Shown here: positions 62,808 to 64,000 of the stretch, one piece after another
Layout of the letters: the number at the start of each line of letters is the position of its first letter
Position numbering within the stretch: the first letter of the stretch is position 1
NCBI RefSeq assembly: GCF_018350175.1
Contig: NC_058368.1
Location: 89,530,001 to 89,594,000 of the forward strand
Direction: 5' to 3'
DNA from: Felis catus
Lineage: Eukaryota
Length of the DNA: 64,000 nt
Notes under the pieces: generated by a model
Seen by the model: the letters and a program-made list of their open reading frames with translations, nothing else
Told to the model about the DNA's origin: nothing
The model's database searches: none
Made by a program: the position numbers and the translations under genes

Positions 62808-63494
62808 CTGCTCAAGAGAAAGCAGTTTTTGTCAGAGCGGTCCTAGATGAAGCAGCCACTCCTCCGATCTGAAGACTTGCCCCTCCAAAACACACGTGGC
62901 AGGTTTCCAACAAAAGCTCTGTATCCCACCAATAAATCCTCTACAAAAATGATTTTTCTTTCCTCTTTTACCCATAACCGAAACCCAGAAAATTCATACC
63001 AGTAGAGTTTCTAAGTGTTAGTCAGACTGGGAATCTTTCACGTAAGCAGCAGAAGCCATTCTATAAATAGCTGTAATTATAGTCAGCCTTTTTGCCCTGC
63101 TACACTTATTTTATGATATAAATATCTGACACACTGTTTTCTCCTATTGAAGATAACTTCCTTATAAAAACAGTGACTGAGTGGCACAAAAGTTGCTTGG
63201 TCTGGAGGGACAATCTCCCCTCAAATATAATGTGTAAACTAAACCTGAATTGAAGTGTCCAGCCTCAAAACAATGTGAGGACCACTGAGGACATGTGGAC
63301 ATTCAAAAGACAGAGATGGTCCAGGGCCTGATTACTGAAAGGATTTGACTTCAGATGCCCACAGCAATTCTAAGACTCTTCTCCAATTTTTTACAAATCA
63401 AAAATTAAAAATCCAGCATTCCAGACTAGAACCTGGTCATAATGTGTGCCAATTCATATTGGATGAATAGGGGTTTCTGTTCTGTTTATTGCTT

Positions 63495-63697
63495 TTGCTT
63501 TTAAGTTTTTATTTAAATTCCAGTTAATATACAGTGTTTCAGATGTACAATATAGTGATTCAACACTTACATACAACACCCAGTGCTCATCACAAGTACC
63601 CTCTTTAATGCCCGTCACGTATTTCACCCATCCTGCCATGGCTCTCTACTTTGGTAACCATCACATTGTTCTCTACAATTAAGAGTCTGTTTCCTGA
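63495..63697 (-). mobile_element. Carnivore L1 3' end fragment
   Basis: ttaaattccagtt...gtacaatatagtgattcaacac...cccagtgctcatcacaag. Confidence 0.82.
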
Positions 63698-63965
63698 GGG
63701 GGCACCTGGGGGGCTTAGTGAGTTAAGCATCTGACTTCAGCTCAGGTCGTGATCTCACAGTCCATGAGTTTGAGCCCCACATCAGACTCTGTGCTGACAG
63801 CTCAGATTCTGTGTCTTCAGATTCTGTGTCTTCAGATTCTGTGTCTCCCTCTCTCTCTGCCCCTCCCCCACTCACACTCTGTCTCTCTCTCTCTCTTTCT
63901 GTCTCTCTCTCTCTCTCTCTCTCTCAAAAATAAATAAAACATTAAAAAAGTTAAAAAAAAAAGTT
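63698..63965 (+). mobile_element. CanSINE with internal 15-bp triplication
   Basis: gggggcacctgg head; tcagattctgtgtct x3; (CT)n; A tail. Confidence 0.9.
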
Positions 63966-64000
63966 AACACTCTGAATACTTACTATATACCAAAGACTGT

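Overview
Mammalian, felid-like genomic DNA: it carries many carnivore tRNA-derived SINEs of the SINEC_Fc type and feline-type LINE-1. Most of the window is transposable-element sequence. The only intact gene is a single-exon class II (family 2-like) olfactory receptor at 4661-5593 (-). About 12.6-60 kb is a nested pile of LINE-1 copies, several of which keep their 5' ends but lack their 3' ends. Inside it is a defective class II (betaretrovirus-like) endogenous retrovirus at about 47280-54597. This provirus has a perfect tRNA-Trp primer-binding site, a 5' LTR reduced to about 22 bp despite an apparent 6-bp target-site duplication (TSD), gag truncated within capsid, pro/RT/RNase H replaced by an AT-rich filler, and a decayed beta-type env with a Rec/Rej-like signal peptide and recognisable splice signals. 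The window ends with the decayed zinc-finger exon of a PRDM9/ZNF133/HKR1-related gene (-). All repeat-family and protein-homology calls come from motif recognition and recall; no database searches were run.
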